This document shows positions 28,607-37,131 of a stretch of DNA of 64,000 nt, piece after piece. Position 1 is the first letter of the stretch. Each line of letters begins with the position of its first letter. Source of the DNA: a candidate division WOR-3 bacterium (GTDB lineage: Bacteria; SDB-A); NCBI GenBank assembly GCA_016934535.1, contig JAFGSQ010000016.1, positions 1 to 64,000 of the forward strand, read 5' to 3'. The position numbers and the translations under genes are program-made. A model generated the notes under the pieces. The model worked only from the letters and a program-made list of their open reading frames with translations. It was not told the origin of the DNA and did no database searches.

Positions 28607-29524
28607 TCAGAACTTCTTTATATATTCTTCCGACATCATAGAAAATATCTTCATTGCTATCGTGTAACTTGAAAAAGGAAGAATTCTGGTTATCTCTTCG
28701 TAATTGAATCCTTCCTTGATCTTGTCGATGATCATCTTTCCGGTTTTGTCCTCCGGATCCAGGTTTTCCGAATTTACAGCATAAACAGAGTTTTTTCCGC
28801 CAATGAGCTTTAAGATTCTTTTCTCTTCGTCCATCTGACGGGCACATTCGAGAAGAGCTTTTTCAATGGGCACAGACATGTCAACAGACACTTCGTCGGA
28901 TTCGCTGAACTGGAAAACACCCTGTTCCAGACTCAGTAAAGTGTAAAGAGCGTCCCATCCTTTTCTGTTTAGCATGGAGGCTCCGGTTATTTTCCCTTCC
29001 TTTATCCATATATTACCTGAAAAGTATTCGGTCTCTACGGTGATTTTTCCTTTTTTGCCGGCAGAAGTCAGATTTTGCAGTATGTCGGACAGAGAGAGAA
29101 TGTCAAAACTTCCTCTGAGCCCTTTCGATTCGAGCTCTTTAATTCTGTGAGCTGTTTGTAAACGCGTTTTAACTCTCGCGAAAAGCTCCTCGAACACGAA
29201 AGGTTTGATAATGTAATCGTCGGCGCCGTCTCCGAGCCCTTTTATTCTGCTTTCTATCCTGTCGTCTCCTGTCAGAAAAATAAACGGGAGATCGCTCAAA
29301 GTATCGTCAGCTTTAATGGTCTCGAGAAGAGAAAACCCGTCCACTCCCGGCATTCTTATATCTGAAACGATTATGTCGGGTTTGTTTCTATTAATCTTAA
29401 GTATTGCATCCATACCGTCATAGCTCGTAAGAACTTCCCATCCTCTCTGCTGAAAGTTGAATTTGACGAGGTCGACAAGCTCTCTGTCATCGTCAATTAT
29501 CAGGACTGTCGTTTTCTTTTTCAC
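28607..29524 (-). CDS. Response regulator, REC + DUF4388 (PATAN-like) domain
   Basis: IIDDD, SDIRMP, FLT, GADDYIIKPF; 'LRGSFD.LSLSDILQ.L....K.G.I......G.IWI..G.I..A......G.DALY.LL....G.F.F'. Confidence 0.87.
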   Translation of the reverse strand: MKKKTTVLIIDDDRELVDLVKFNFQQRGWEVLTSYDGMDAILKINRNKPDIIVSDIRMPGVDGFSLLETIKADDTLSDLPFIFLTGDDRIESRIKGLGDGADDYIIKPFVFEELFARVKTRLQTAHRIKELESKGLRGSFDILSLSDILQNLTSAGKKGKITVETEYFSGNIWIKEGKITGASMLNRKGWDALYTLLSLEQGVFQFSESDEVSVDMSVPIEKALLECARQMDEEKRILKLIGGKNSVYAVNSENLDPEDKTGKMIIDKIKEGFNYEEITRILPFSSYTIAMKIFSMMSEEYIKKF

Positions 29525-31017
29525 GCTTCTTCTCTTTTTTGAAGTTTGAGAGAGACCGAAGTTTTCTCGCCTGGAACACTTTGAACTGATATCACTCCGC
29601 CGTGAAGATGGACAATTCTTTCAACAATAGAAAGACCCAATCCCGAACCCGGATAGTTTTTTGCGTCGGCTGACCTGAAAAACTTCTGAAATATTTTTTT
29701 CATATCTTCTTCCAATATACCTATGCCGTAATCATCCACAGAAATTTCCCATTTGTCCCCTCTTTCCGTCAAGGAAACACCTACTGTCGTTTTTTCATTT
29801 GAAAACTTTATGGCGTTATTAATAATGTTTTCGATCGCGCGCTGGAGAAGTCCGTCGTCACCTTTTACCAAAGCGTTTCCTTTGGGCAGTTTTATTTCAA
29901 ATTCAACATTCTTTGAATACGCAAAATCACTCTGGGTAAGCAACGATTTTCTGACCACGTCTTTCAAATCTATCTCCTTGATATCAATCAGTTGCTCAAT
30001 ATTCTGCAATTTTGACAATTCAAGCATGTCTTCGACCATGGAAAGAATGTGACGGGATTTATCTATTATGACTTGCGAAAAATATTTCATTTTTTCATAC
30101 TGAACTTCTTCTCCCAGAAGAGTTTCGGCGTACACTCTGATAATCGATATTGGATTTTTCAAATCGTGAGCTATCTCGTAGAGAATCGTTTCTCTTTCTT
30201 TTTGCGACTTTATAAGTTCCAACGATGTCTGAAGAACGTCGAGTTCTGAAATTACGGACTGGAAAAATCCAACGAGGTTGAAGATGTCTTCTCTCACAGG
30301 ATTATCGCTGGCCATGGGGTCGTCGAACATGAGCCATCCTGCGTAGGAGTTCTTGCCTCGCTTCATCGGTATTATTATCAGATATCCTGGATTCCAGTGC
30401 CTTATTCTGTTTCTGCCGAGGATTTCCTCGAATTTCCTGTGTCCCGGAACGATGTAATATATCCCTTCGATCTTGGAAAGTTCGGTCAGTTTCTTCTCAA
30501 ACTGAACGGGCAGATCGAAGGGAAGCCGGGATAAAATATCGTTTTTTTCGTCTTCGCCGTACCCCCGCGATGAAAAGTAATTTTCGTTCTTCCATGTGTA
30601 GCAGAAAAATATCTTCTCCCAGCCCATACAGCTTGCGGCTTCAACAGCTTTGTCGAGTTTTGCCTTGATCCCGTCTTCTTCGACAATTCTTTTCCATGAT
30701 CTCATGAGGTCGTATACTGCATTTTTTTTTCTGTTTTCTGTCAAAGCGGCTTTTTCGAAAAAATCCTCTCTGTTGATAAGAAGAAGGGCGGCTTTTTTGG
30801 AAGAATGAATCGTCGGAAAAATATCGAGGTACCCGAAATTTTCTATAAATTTTTCTTTATGGACAAAATCTTCGAACGAAAAAAATTCCGCAACCTGTTC
30901 ATAAAAAGGAAACGACGTGTCAATTTCATCGCCGATTTTCAGCGAATACTTCTTTGAAAAACCTTTGTTTACCGACAGAACTTTTCCTTCTTCGGATATA
31001 ACAGTGTATTGAATCAT
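29521..31017 (-). CDS. Cytoplasmic sensor histidine kinase
   Basis: AHDLKNP H-box, NIINNAIKF, DYGIGI, FFR, GSGLGL; no TM segment seen. Confidence 0.92.
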   Translation of the reverse strand: MIQYTVISEEGKVLSVNKGFSKKYSLKIGDEIDTSFPFYEQVAEFFSFEDFVHKEKFIENFGYLDIFPTIHSSKKAALLLINREDFFEKAALTENRKKNAVYDLMRSWKRIVEEDGIKAKLDKAVEAASCMGWEKIFFCYTWKNENYFSSRGYGEDEKNDILSRLPFDLPVQFEKKLTELSKIEGIYYIVPGHRKFEEILGRNRIRHWNPGYLIIIPMKRGKNSYAGWLMFDDPMASDNPVREDIFNLVGFFQSVISELDVLQTSLELIKSQKERETILYEIAHDLKNPISIIRVYAETLLGEEVQYEKMKYFSQVIIDKSRHILSMVEDMLELSKLQNIEQLIDIKEIDLKDVVRKSLLTQSDFAYSKNVEFEIKLPKGNALVKGDDGLLQRAIENIINNAIKFSNEKTTVGVSLTERGDKWEISVDDYGIGILEEDMKKIFQKFFRSADAKNYPGSGLGLSIVERIVHLHGGVISVQSVPGEKTSVSLKLQKREEA

Positions 31018-31024
31018 GAGAACT

Positions 31025-34000
31025 TTATCCGATTCTCCTCAGGTGAATTTTCACGTTTTCGCCGAGAGCGTTTTCTTCGTGAGTGAAAAATCCTTTCTTG
31101 ACTTGCGATTCGAGCGCTGAACTGTTTGACAGGGTTTCGCTCTCGATGAATTTCCTGTGTTCCAAATAAGCTTTTTTCCAGCTCTCCGGAACATCTAATA
31201 ACAAGTCGATTCTGTCCTGAACGTTCAATCCTGCTTTCGATCTTGCGTTTTGAACTTGTCTTATCAATTCCCTGGCTTTTCCTTCATCTATGAGAGATTC
31301 GTCAAGGTTAAGATCCAGCGAAACTATCATGTTTTCTTCAGACATACAGTCTTTACCGGCGCCGGATTTCCATTCGATGGAAAATTCATCTTCCGAAAGC
31401 TCGATTCCGGCTATAATCGCCGTTTTTTCGGGTGTCAATTCAAAATTGCCCGTTTTTCCCGCTTTTATCACGGCTTGAATTTTAGAACCTAATCTCGGCC
31501 CGGCGGCTTTCAAATTAACTTTGAGAACAGGCGTTCCGAGCTCGTTGGCATCGCGTACGAAAAGGACTTCCTTGACGTTTAGTTCATCCTTTATGACTTC
31601 AGAAAAATCGAGCGATTCTCCGGCTTTCTCTCCAGAGACCAGCAGTTTAGAAAGCGGCTGTCTTACCCTCATCGAATTTTTTTTTCTCAGGGAATGACCT
31701 AAATAAACTATCTTACGGACACTCCTCATCTGCTCAAGTAGTTTTCCGTCATACGGAATTCTTTGCCAATCCAGCCATTTTTCAAGATGAACGCTCTCTT
31801 TTCTCGTCAGGGATCTGAATATGTATTCCGTCAGGAACGGCAGAAACGGAGCCGCGATAATAACAAAAGAAGTTAAAACAGTGTAAAGAGTGTCAAAGGC
31901 AAAAATCTTGTCTTCGTCGTTTTCGGATTTCCAGAATCTTCTTCTGCTCCTTCTGACGTACCAGTTCGTCAGAGAGTCTATAAACTCTCTCAGTGTTTCA
32001 GTTGCTCCGAAAAGGTCGTATGCCGTCATTTCGTTTTCAACCTTTTCGGCTGTCGTTCTCAATTCTGATAGTATGTAAACATCGAGAGGATTGGAACTTT
32101 CAAAAGACTCTTTCGCAATATATGAATCAATGTTGGCGTAAAGCGTGAAAAAATAATATACATTCCACAACGGCAGCATGACGTCCTTTAAAACGGAAAT
32201 TATCTCGTCTCCCCCTTCGCTGACCATGAGATTTCCGCCTTTCAGAATAGGATTTGCGACAAGGAACCACCTCATCGCGTCCGCACCGTATTTGTCGAAT
32301 ATCTCCATAGGATCAGGGTAATTGTTCAATTTTTTTGAAAGTTTTCTGCCCTGTTTGTCGAGGACTACTCCGTGACAGATGACGTTTTTGAAAGCCGGTT
32401 TACCGAAAAGAGCTGTCGAAAGGACATTTAAAGTATAGAACCAGCCCCTGGTCTGAGCTATGTACTCGACAATAAAATCCGCCGGAAAATTTTTTTCAAA
32501 CCATTCTTTGTTTTCGAACGGGTAATGGATTTGAGCGTAGGGCATCGAGCCGGATTCAAACCAACAGTCGAGAACTTCGGGCACCCTTTTAATGGTGCCT
32601 CCGCAATCCGGGCAGTGGGTTTTAAGCGCATCAATGTAAGGCCTGTGAAGATCTTCGACACTAATTTTAAAAAACGTTTCGATTTCTTTTACGGAACCGA
32701 AAACCTCCCTCTTTCCACAATTTTCGCATTTGAATACAGGTATTGGGGCGCCGAAATATCTGTTTCTGCTTATAGACCAGTCTCTCGCTCCCTCGATCCA
32801 TTTACCGAACTGTCCGTCTTTTATGTGCGTAGGTATCCAGTTGATCTGCCGGTTTGTCTTCAGCATGTCGTCTTTGATTCTCGTGACATCAACGTACCAG
32901 GATGAAATAGCCCTGTAGATCAGCGGAGTGTTGCATCTCCAGCAATGAGGATAATTGTGCTCAATAGTCTCGTGCAGCAAAAGCTTTCCTTCATCTTTCA
33001 GTCGTCGAAGAATTATCTTGTTGGAGTCGAATACGTGAATTCCGCAGAGATCCTCAATTTCATTTGTAAATTTCGCCTCCGCGTCAACCGGACAGACAGT
33101 TTCTATGCCGTTGTCCGCGCAAACTTTCTGATCGTCTTCTCCGAAACCCGGAGCTATGTGCACTATGCCGGTGCCTTCCTCCGTCCCGACGAAATCACCT
33201 GTTATCACTCGGAAAGCGTTTTCAATGTTCCCGAAGTACCCGAACAGAGGTTCGTACGTTTCTCCAGTAAGGTCTTTACCTTTTCCCCTCCACAGTATTT
33301 TCGGATCTTGATTGAATATTTTAGTCACTTCCTTGATCCTGCTCTCGGCGATGATGTACAAGGAGCCTTCGTGTTCGACTCCGGCATAATCAATTTCATC
33401 TCCAACGGCAATGGCAAGATTACTCGGCAAAGTCCAAGGCGTCGTTGTCCACACCAGAAGATACGAGTCCCTGCCTGAAAACTGTTTGTTTAATTTAAAT
33501 CTGACAGTGACGGAAGGGTCCTGCCTCGGTCTCGTCGCGTCGTCCATCCTCGTTTCAAAATTCGAAAGCGGTGTTTCGCATCTGAAACAGTAAGAAACTA
33601 CCCTGTCTTTTTCGTAGATAAGTCCTTTGTCGTATAATTGTTTAAAAGCCCAAAGAACCGACTCAATGTATCCGGTGTCCAGAGTTTTGTACGCGTTCTC
33701 GAATTCGACCCACCTGCCTTGTCTTTTGACAAAACGTTCCCATTCATCGACGTATTTCAGGACAAGTTTTTTGCATCCCTCGTTGAACTTATCTATGCCG
33801 TATTTCTCAATGTCTTTTTTTCCGTGTATGCCCGCCTCTTTTTCCATTTCCATTTCGGCGGGAAGCCCGTGGCAGTCCCATCCGAATCTTCTAAGAACCC
33901 TGAACCCTTTCATAGTAAAAAACCTCGGGACTATGTCTTTGACAAAACCTGTCAGGATGTGTCCGTAATGAGGTAAACCGTTGGCAAAAGGCGGCCCGTC

Positions 34001-34150
34001 GTAAAATACATAGTCGGGTGCGTTTTCTTCTCCTCTCGAAACCACTGATTTTTCGAACGTTTTGTTGTCGTTCCAGTATTTCAGCACGTTCTCTTCCATA
34101 GTAGGAAAATCCGGCATGGTTTTTTCTGCGGGATATTTTTTTTCGAGCAT
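31025..34150 (-). CDS. ileS: Isoleucine--tRNA ligase, type 2 (eukaryote/archaea-like)
   Basis: DGPPFANGLPHYGH, GWDCHGLP, WTTTPWTLPSN, DWSISRNRYFG, KLSKKLNNY; 1041 aa with the long type-2 C-terminus. Confidence 0.97.
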   Translation of the reverse strand: MLEKKYPAEKTMPDFPTMEENVLKYWNDNKTFEKSVVSRGEENAPDYVFYDGPPFANGLPHYGHILTGFVKDIVPRFFTMKGFRVLRRFGWDCHGLPAEMEMEKEAGIHGKKDIEKYGIDKFNEGCKKLVLKYVDEWERFVKRQGRWVEFENAYKTLDTGYIESVLWAFKQLYDKGLIYEKDRVVSYCFRCETPLSNFETRMDDATRPRQDPSVTVRFKLNKQFSGRDSYLLVWTTTPWTLPSNLAIAVGDEIDYAGVEHEGSLYIIAESRIKEVTKIFNQDPKILWRGKGKDLTGETYEPLFGYFGNIENAFRVITGDFVGTEEGTGIVHIAPGFGEDDQKVCADNGIETVCPVDAEAKFTNEIEDLCGIHVFDSNKIILRRLKDEGKLLLHETIEHNYPHCWRCNTPLIYRAISSWYVDVTRIKDDMLKTNRQINWIPTHIKDGQFGKWIEGARDWSISRNRYFGAPIPVFKCENCGKREVFGSVKEIETFFKISVEDLHRPYIDALKTHCPDCGGTIKRVPEVLDCWFESGSMPYAQIHYPFENKEWFEKNFPADFIVEYIAQTRGWFYTLNVLSTALFGKPAFKNVICHGVVLDKQGRKLSKKLNNYPDPMEIFDKYGADAMRWFLVANPILKGGNLMVSEGGDEIISVLKDVMLPLWNVYYFFTLYANIDSYIAKESFESSNPLDVYILSELRTTAEKVENEMTAYDLFGATETLREFIDSLTNWYVRRSRRRFWKSENDEDKIFAFDTLYTVLTSFVIIAAPFLPFLTEYIFRSLTRKESVHLEKWLDWQRIPYDGKLLEQMRSVRKIVYLGHSLRKKNSMRVRQPLSKLLVSGEKAGESLDFSEVIKDELNVKEVLFVRDANELGTPVLKVNLKAAGPRLGSKIQAVIKAGKTGNFELTPEKTAIIAGIELSEDEFSIEWKSGAGKDCMSEENMIVSLDLNLDESLIDEGKARELIRQVQNARSKAGLNVQDRIDLLLDVPESWKKAYLEHRKFIESETLSNSSALESQVKKGFFTHEENALGENVKIHLRRIG

Positions 34151-34233
34151 AAATCTCCTCTTGTAGTGAGCGAATTACAATATCAGCGAGTGAAAAGTAT
34201 ATATCGTCCAAAAATAAAACACAAGACCCGGTC

Positions 34234-35406
34234 TCAGAAATCACTTTTTGGGAGCAAAGTAATTCTTAACTTTTCTAGTATTTTTTTTTCGTTCGCTTCA
34301 AAGATGCCGCAAAGTTCTCCGACAGCGGCCGTCAGGGGTTTGGTCCGCTTGTCAAAGTTGACAAGCTGCCTTATTCTGAGAGGATCGAACCATTTGTAGT
34401 ACATTTTCATAAAATTGCGGGGGTTGGAGGAATTAGACAGTGCCGACGAGATGACCTCATCGTGTCTGTAGCGGTTCAGAAATTCCGCGATTTTCCCGCA
34501 GGTTGGACTGAATCCGCTTTCAGGCAATAAAACTCTCCATCTTTTCACTTCTTTGTAGTGACAGGCTATTTCAGCGAATATTTCGGGGGAAGGGAGTACG
34601 CTCAGGTTCTTTTTGTGCTCGTAAAGAGCTCTGACGGAAGCGGCCGTACCGTAAGGCGTCCTCACCGAAATTCTCGGTGAGGCCGAAACGTGAATCTCTG
34701 AAGCGTGTTTCACTTTTCCATGATAGATGAGTTTGCGCAGAAAATAAAAATCTTCACCGGCTTTCCTTCTGTTGAATCCTCCTACGGCCAAAAAAGCCTT
34801 TTTCCGGAAAGTCATGGAAGAACCGACGGGCCAAAAAATGTAAGGATTACCTGTTGTAAGAAGGGCGTAATGATAATAACGAAGGTAAATCTCGTATTTT
34901 ACCAGAGCTGCGGCGTGTTCATTTTCTTCAGGAAATTCATGAACAGTGTCAACTGTGAGTCCTGCAAGAGCGGGATCTTTATCGTACTCAGAAAGAACGA
35001 GACCGAAAAAACCTTCGCACAATGCTACATCCGCGTCCAGCGATATCATAATATCATCCGGGCCGAGGAACCGGCAGGCCTCATCGAATCCCGCTTTCCT
35101 TGCTGAACCGACGCCGGCCTCTTTTTCAGAAAAACAATTATCTTCATTGCATCTGTCAAGAACTGTTACTCCCGGAAAGCAAGTTTTTACCGAGTCTATT
35201 GTCATTAAGTTATTTTTCTTTACATCAAGAGGGGCTGAACAGGAATTGTTTACGACAAGTATAACTATGCCGTCATGTCCCGTCAGTTTTTCAGAAACCG
35301 AAGCAATAGTTTCCAAAACCGAGGGGTACTCCCGGCAAGCCGGAATTACAACAGCAATTTTTCTCTTCAAGTCACACGAAATCACTGATTTTATCGAAAA
35401 CGGCAT
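34234..35406 (-). CDS. GT-A fold (family 2-like) glycosyltransferase; true start may be TTG near 35370
   Basis: VVIPA..E, GVG.ARK.G, SLDAD (DxD), VGGF..RKAGEDFYFL. Confidence 0.8.
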   Translation of the reverse strand: MPFSIKSVISCDLKRKIAVVIPACREYPSVLETIASVSEKLTGHDGIVILVVNNSCSAPLDVKKNNLMTIDSVKTCFPGVTVLDRCNEDNCFSEKEAGVGSARKAGFDEACRFLGPDDIMISLDADVALCEGFFGLVLSEYDKDPALAGLTVDTVHEFPEENEHAAALVKYEIYLRYYHYALLTTGNPYIFWPVGSSMTFRKKAFLAVGGFNRRKAGEDFYFLRKLIYHGKVKHASEIHVSASPRISVRTPYGTAASVRALYEHKKNLSVLPSPEIFAEIACHYKEVKRWRVLLPESGFSPTCGKIAEFLNRYRHDEVISSALSNSSNPRNFMKMYYKWFDPLRIRQLVNFDKRTKPLTAAVGELCGIFEANEKKILEKLRITLLPKSDF

Positions 35407-36265
35407 CTTGGTCGTCGGGAGAGAACCATTCTATTTTTAGACCTTTTTTCTCCATTCTCCTGTACCAGGAATTCTGCCGCTTTGAAAAAGCGACAATGTC
35501 CGACCTCAAACCCCTGAAAAAAAAGTCAAAAGTATATTCGCCTTTCAGATATCCGATACACCACCTGTATTCCAGTCCCAAAGACTTGAGCCAATCCTCG
35601 GAAACTCCCTTTTCGCAGAGAAAGTACACTTCGTCTATCATTCCCTGTTCTATTCTCATCTCAAGCCTTTTCGTTATCATCGATTTTTGAAGGCTTCTCT
35701 CCAACTTCAGTCCTATTGTCAGAAAACGGGCGTCAGGATGACTGATCTCCGGAACGTCTCCCGGACTGCCGTCGCTTCGGAATATCTCAATTTTTCTCAG
35801 CAATTTTCTTTTTTCGATTCTCTCAGGAGTTTCTATCCCCGCTTCTTTCGCGGCTTCAATTAAACCCGCGCGGGAACCGTCGAGTTTTTTTCTCGCTCCG
35901 TGATCCGGTTTGACTGAGGGGATTTCGTATCTGTTAAGGATGCAATCCAGATAGAGAGCCGTCCCTCCGCATATAACCGGAAGCTTGGATCTGTCCGTAA
36001 TATCTTCTATTGCTCTGTATGCGAGATACTGGAAAATTTTAAGATTGAAAAATTCGCCGGGCTGAACTATGTCCACCAGATGAAATTTCACCCTTTTTAA
36101 TTCATCCATGTCCTTTCCCGTGCCGATATCGAGACCTTCGTAAACCTGTCTGGAATCAGCAGAGACGATCTCTCCTGAAAACTTTTCGGCGCACTTTACC
36201 GCCATTGATGTTTTACCGCTCGCAGTGGGCCCCAGAATGACTATGACAGGAAAGTTTTTTTTCAC
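35372..36265 (-). CDS. miaA: tRNA dimethylallyltransferase
   Basis: GPTASGKT, SADSRQVY.GLDIGTGK, GGTALY, LGLEY, KRQ..W. Confidence 0.95.
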   Translation of the reverse strand: MKKNFPVIVILGPTASGKTSMAVKCAEKFSGEIVSADSRQVYEGLDIGTGKDMDELKRVKFHLVDIVQPGEFFNLKIFQYLAYRAIEDITDRSKLPVICGGTALYLDCILNRYEIPSVKPDHGARKKLDGSRAGLIEAAKEAGIETPERIEKRKLLRKIEIFRSDGSPGDVPEISHPDARFLTIGLKLERSLQKSMITKRLEMRIEQGMIDEVYFLCEKGVSEDWLKSLGLEYRWCIGYLKGEYTFDFFFRGLRSDIVAFSKRQNSWYRRMEKKGLKIEWFSPDDQDAVFDKISDFV

Positions 36266-37122
36266 TCCTGTTCTTTTGAGCCTATTTTCGCTCTTTCTAG
36301 AAAATTTATAATCAAATCTTCCAAAGTCCTTCCTCCGACGGTCGCGTATTTGTTCATAGATTCTTCGTCTGCCGGAGTCATTGAATCAGGATCGTTGATG
36401 TTTGTTATAACCGACAGACCCAGCACATCCATTCCCATGTGAACGGCTGCTATCACTTCCGAGACTGTCGACATGCCTACGGCGTCTGCCCCCAAAATCC
36501 TGAGCATTTTTGTCTCGGCGGCCGTTTCGAAAGCCGGTCCGAGAACTGCGGCATATACCCCGAAATGTAACCGTATTTTCAAAAGGCTCGATACTTCATC
36601 GGCAATTCTTATATAATCGGGAGTGTAAGCGTGCGCCATCATCGGAAATCTTTGCCCAAATATGTCTATATTAGGCCCGGTCAGTGGATTTTTACACTGA
36701 AGGTTTATGTGATCGGTGATTACCATGACGTCGCCTTCCTTCATTTCTTTTCTCAAACCTCCGGCTGAATTTGTTATCACCACCATTCTCGTTCCCAGCC
36801 AGCCGATCATTCTGAGAGCCCGCACGATTTCCCATTCCCCAAAACCTTCGTAATGATGAAGCCGTCCGTTCATAATCGCGGCTCTTTTGCCGCAAAGGTC
36901 GCCGAAATAAATGACGCCTTCGTGGGTCGGCGCGGTCGGGTCGAAAAGACCGGGGACATTTTTCATCTGTATTTCGAGGTCAATTTTAGAGTAGTGCCTT
37001 AGAATTCCGGACAGGCCGGAACCGAGTATCACCAAAACCTCAGGATCTCCGGCTCCCTGCTCGTCCATCCAATTTGCTCCGGTCTGAATTATCTGGTGTT
37101 CGAGAAATGCCTTGTAGTTCAT
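36262..37122 (-). CDS. punA: Purine-nucleoside phosphorylase (trimeric NP-I)
   Basis: ILGSGL, GR.H.YEG, TNSAGG, DHIN, GPAFET.AE, GADAVGMST. Confidence 0.93.
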   Translation of the reverse strand: MNYKAFLEHQIIQTGANWMDEQGAGDPEVLVILGSGLSGILRHYSKIDLEIQMKNVPGLFDPTAPTHEGVIYFGDLCGKRAAIMNGRLHHYEGFGEWEIVRALRMIGWLGTRMVVITNSAGGLRKEMKEGDVMVITDHINLQCKNPLTGPNIDIFGQRFPMMAHAYTPDYIRIADEVSSLLKIRLHFGVYAAVLGPAFETAAETKMLRILGADAVGMSTVSEVIAAVHMGMDVLGLSVITNINDPDSMTPADEESMNKYATVGGRTLEDLIINFLERAKIGSKEQE

Positions 37123-37131
37123 CAGATCCGC

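Noticed and set aside
28602..28847. 82-aa N-terminal extension of the Trx-CcdA ORF
   Set aside because: It overlaps the response regulator in another frame; a signal-peptide-like start exists at 28601.
34151..34233. T-box leader for ileS
   Set aside because: The gap is about 80 bp, with no T-box consensus or terminator.
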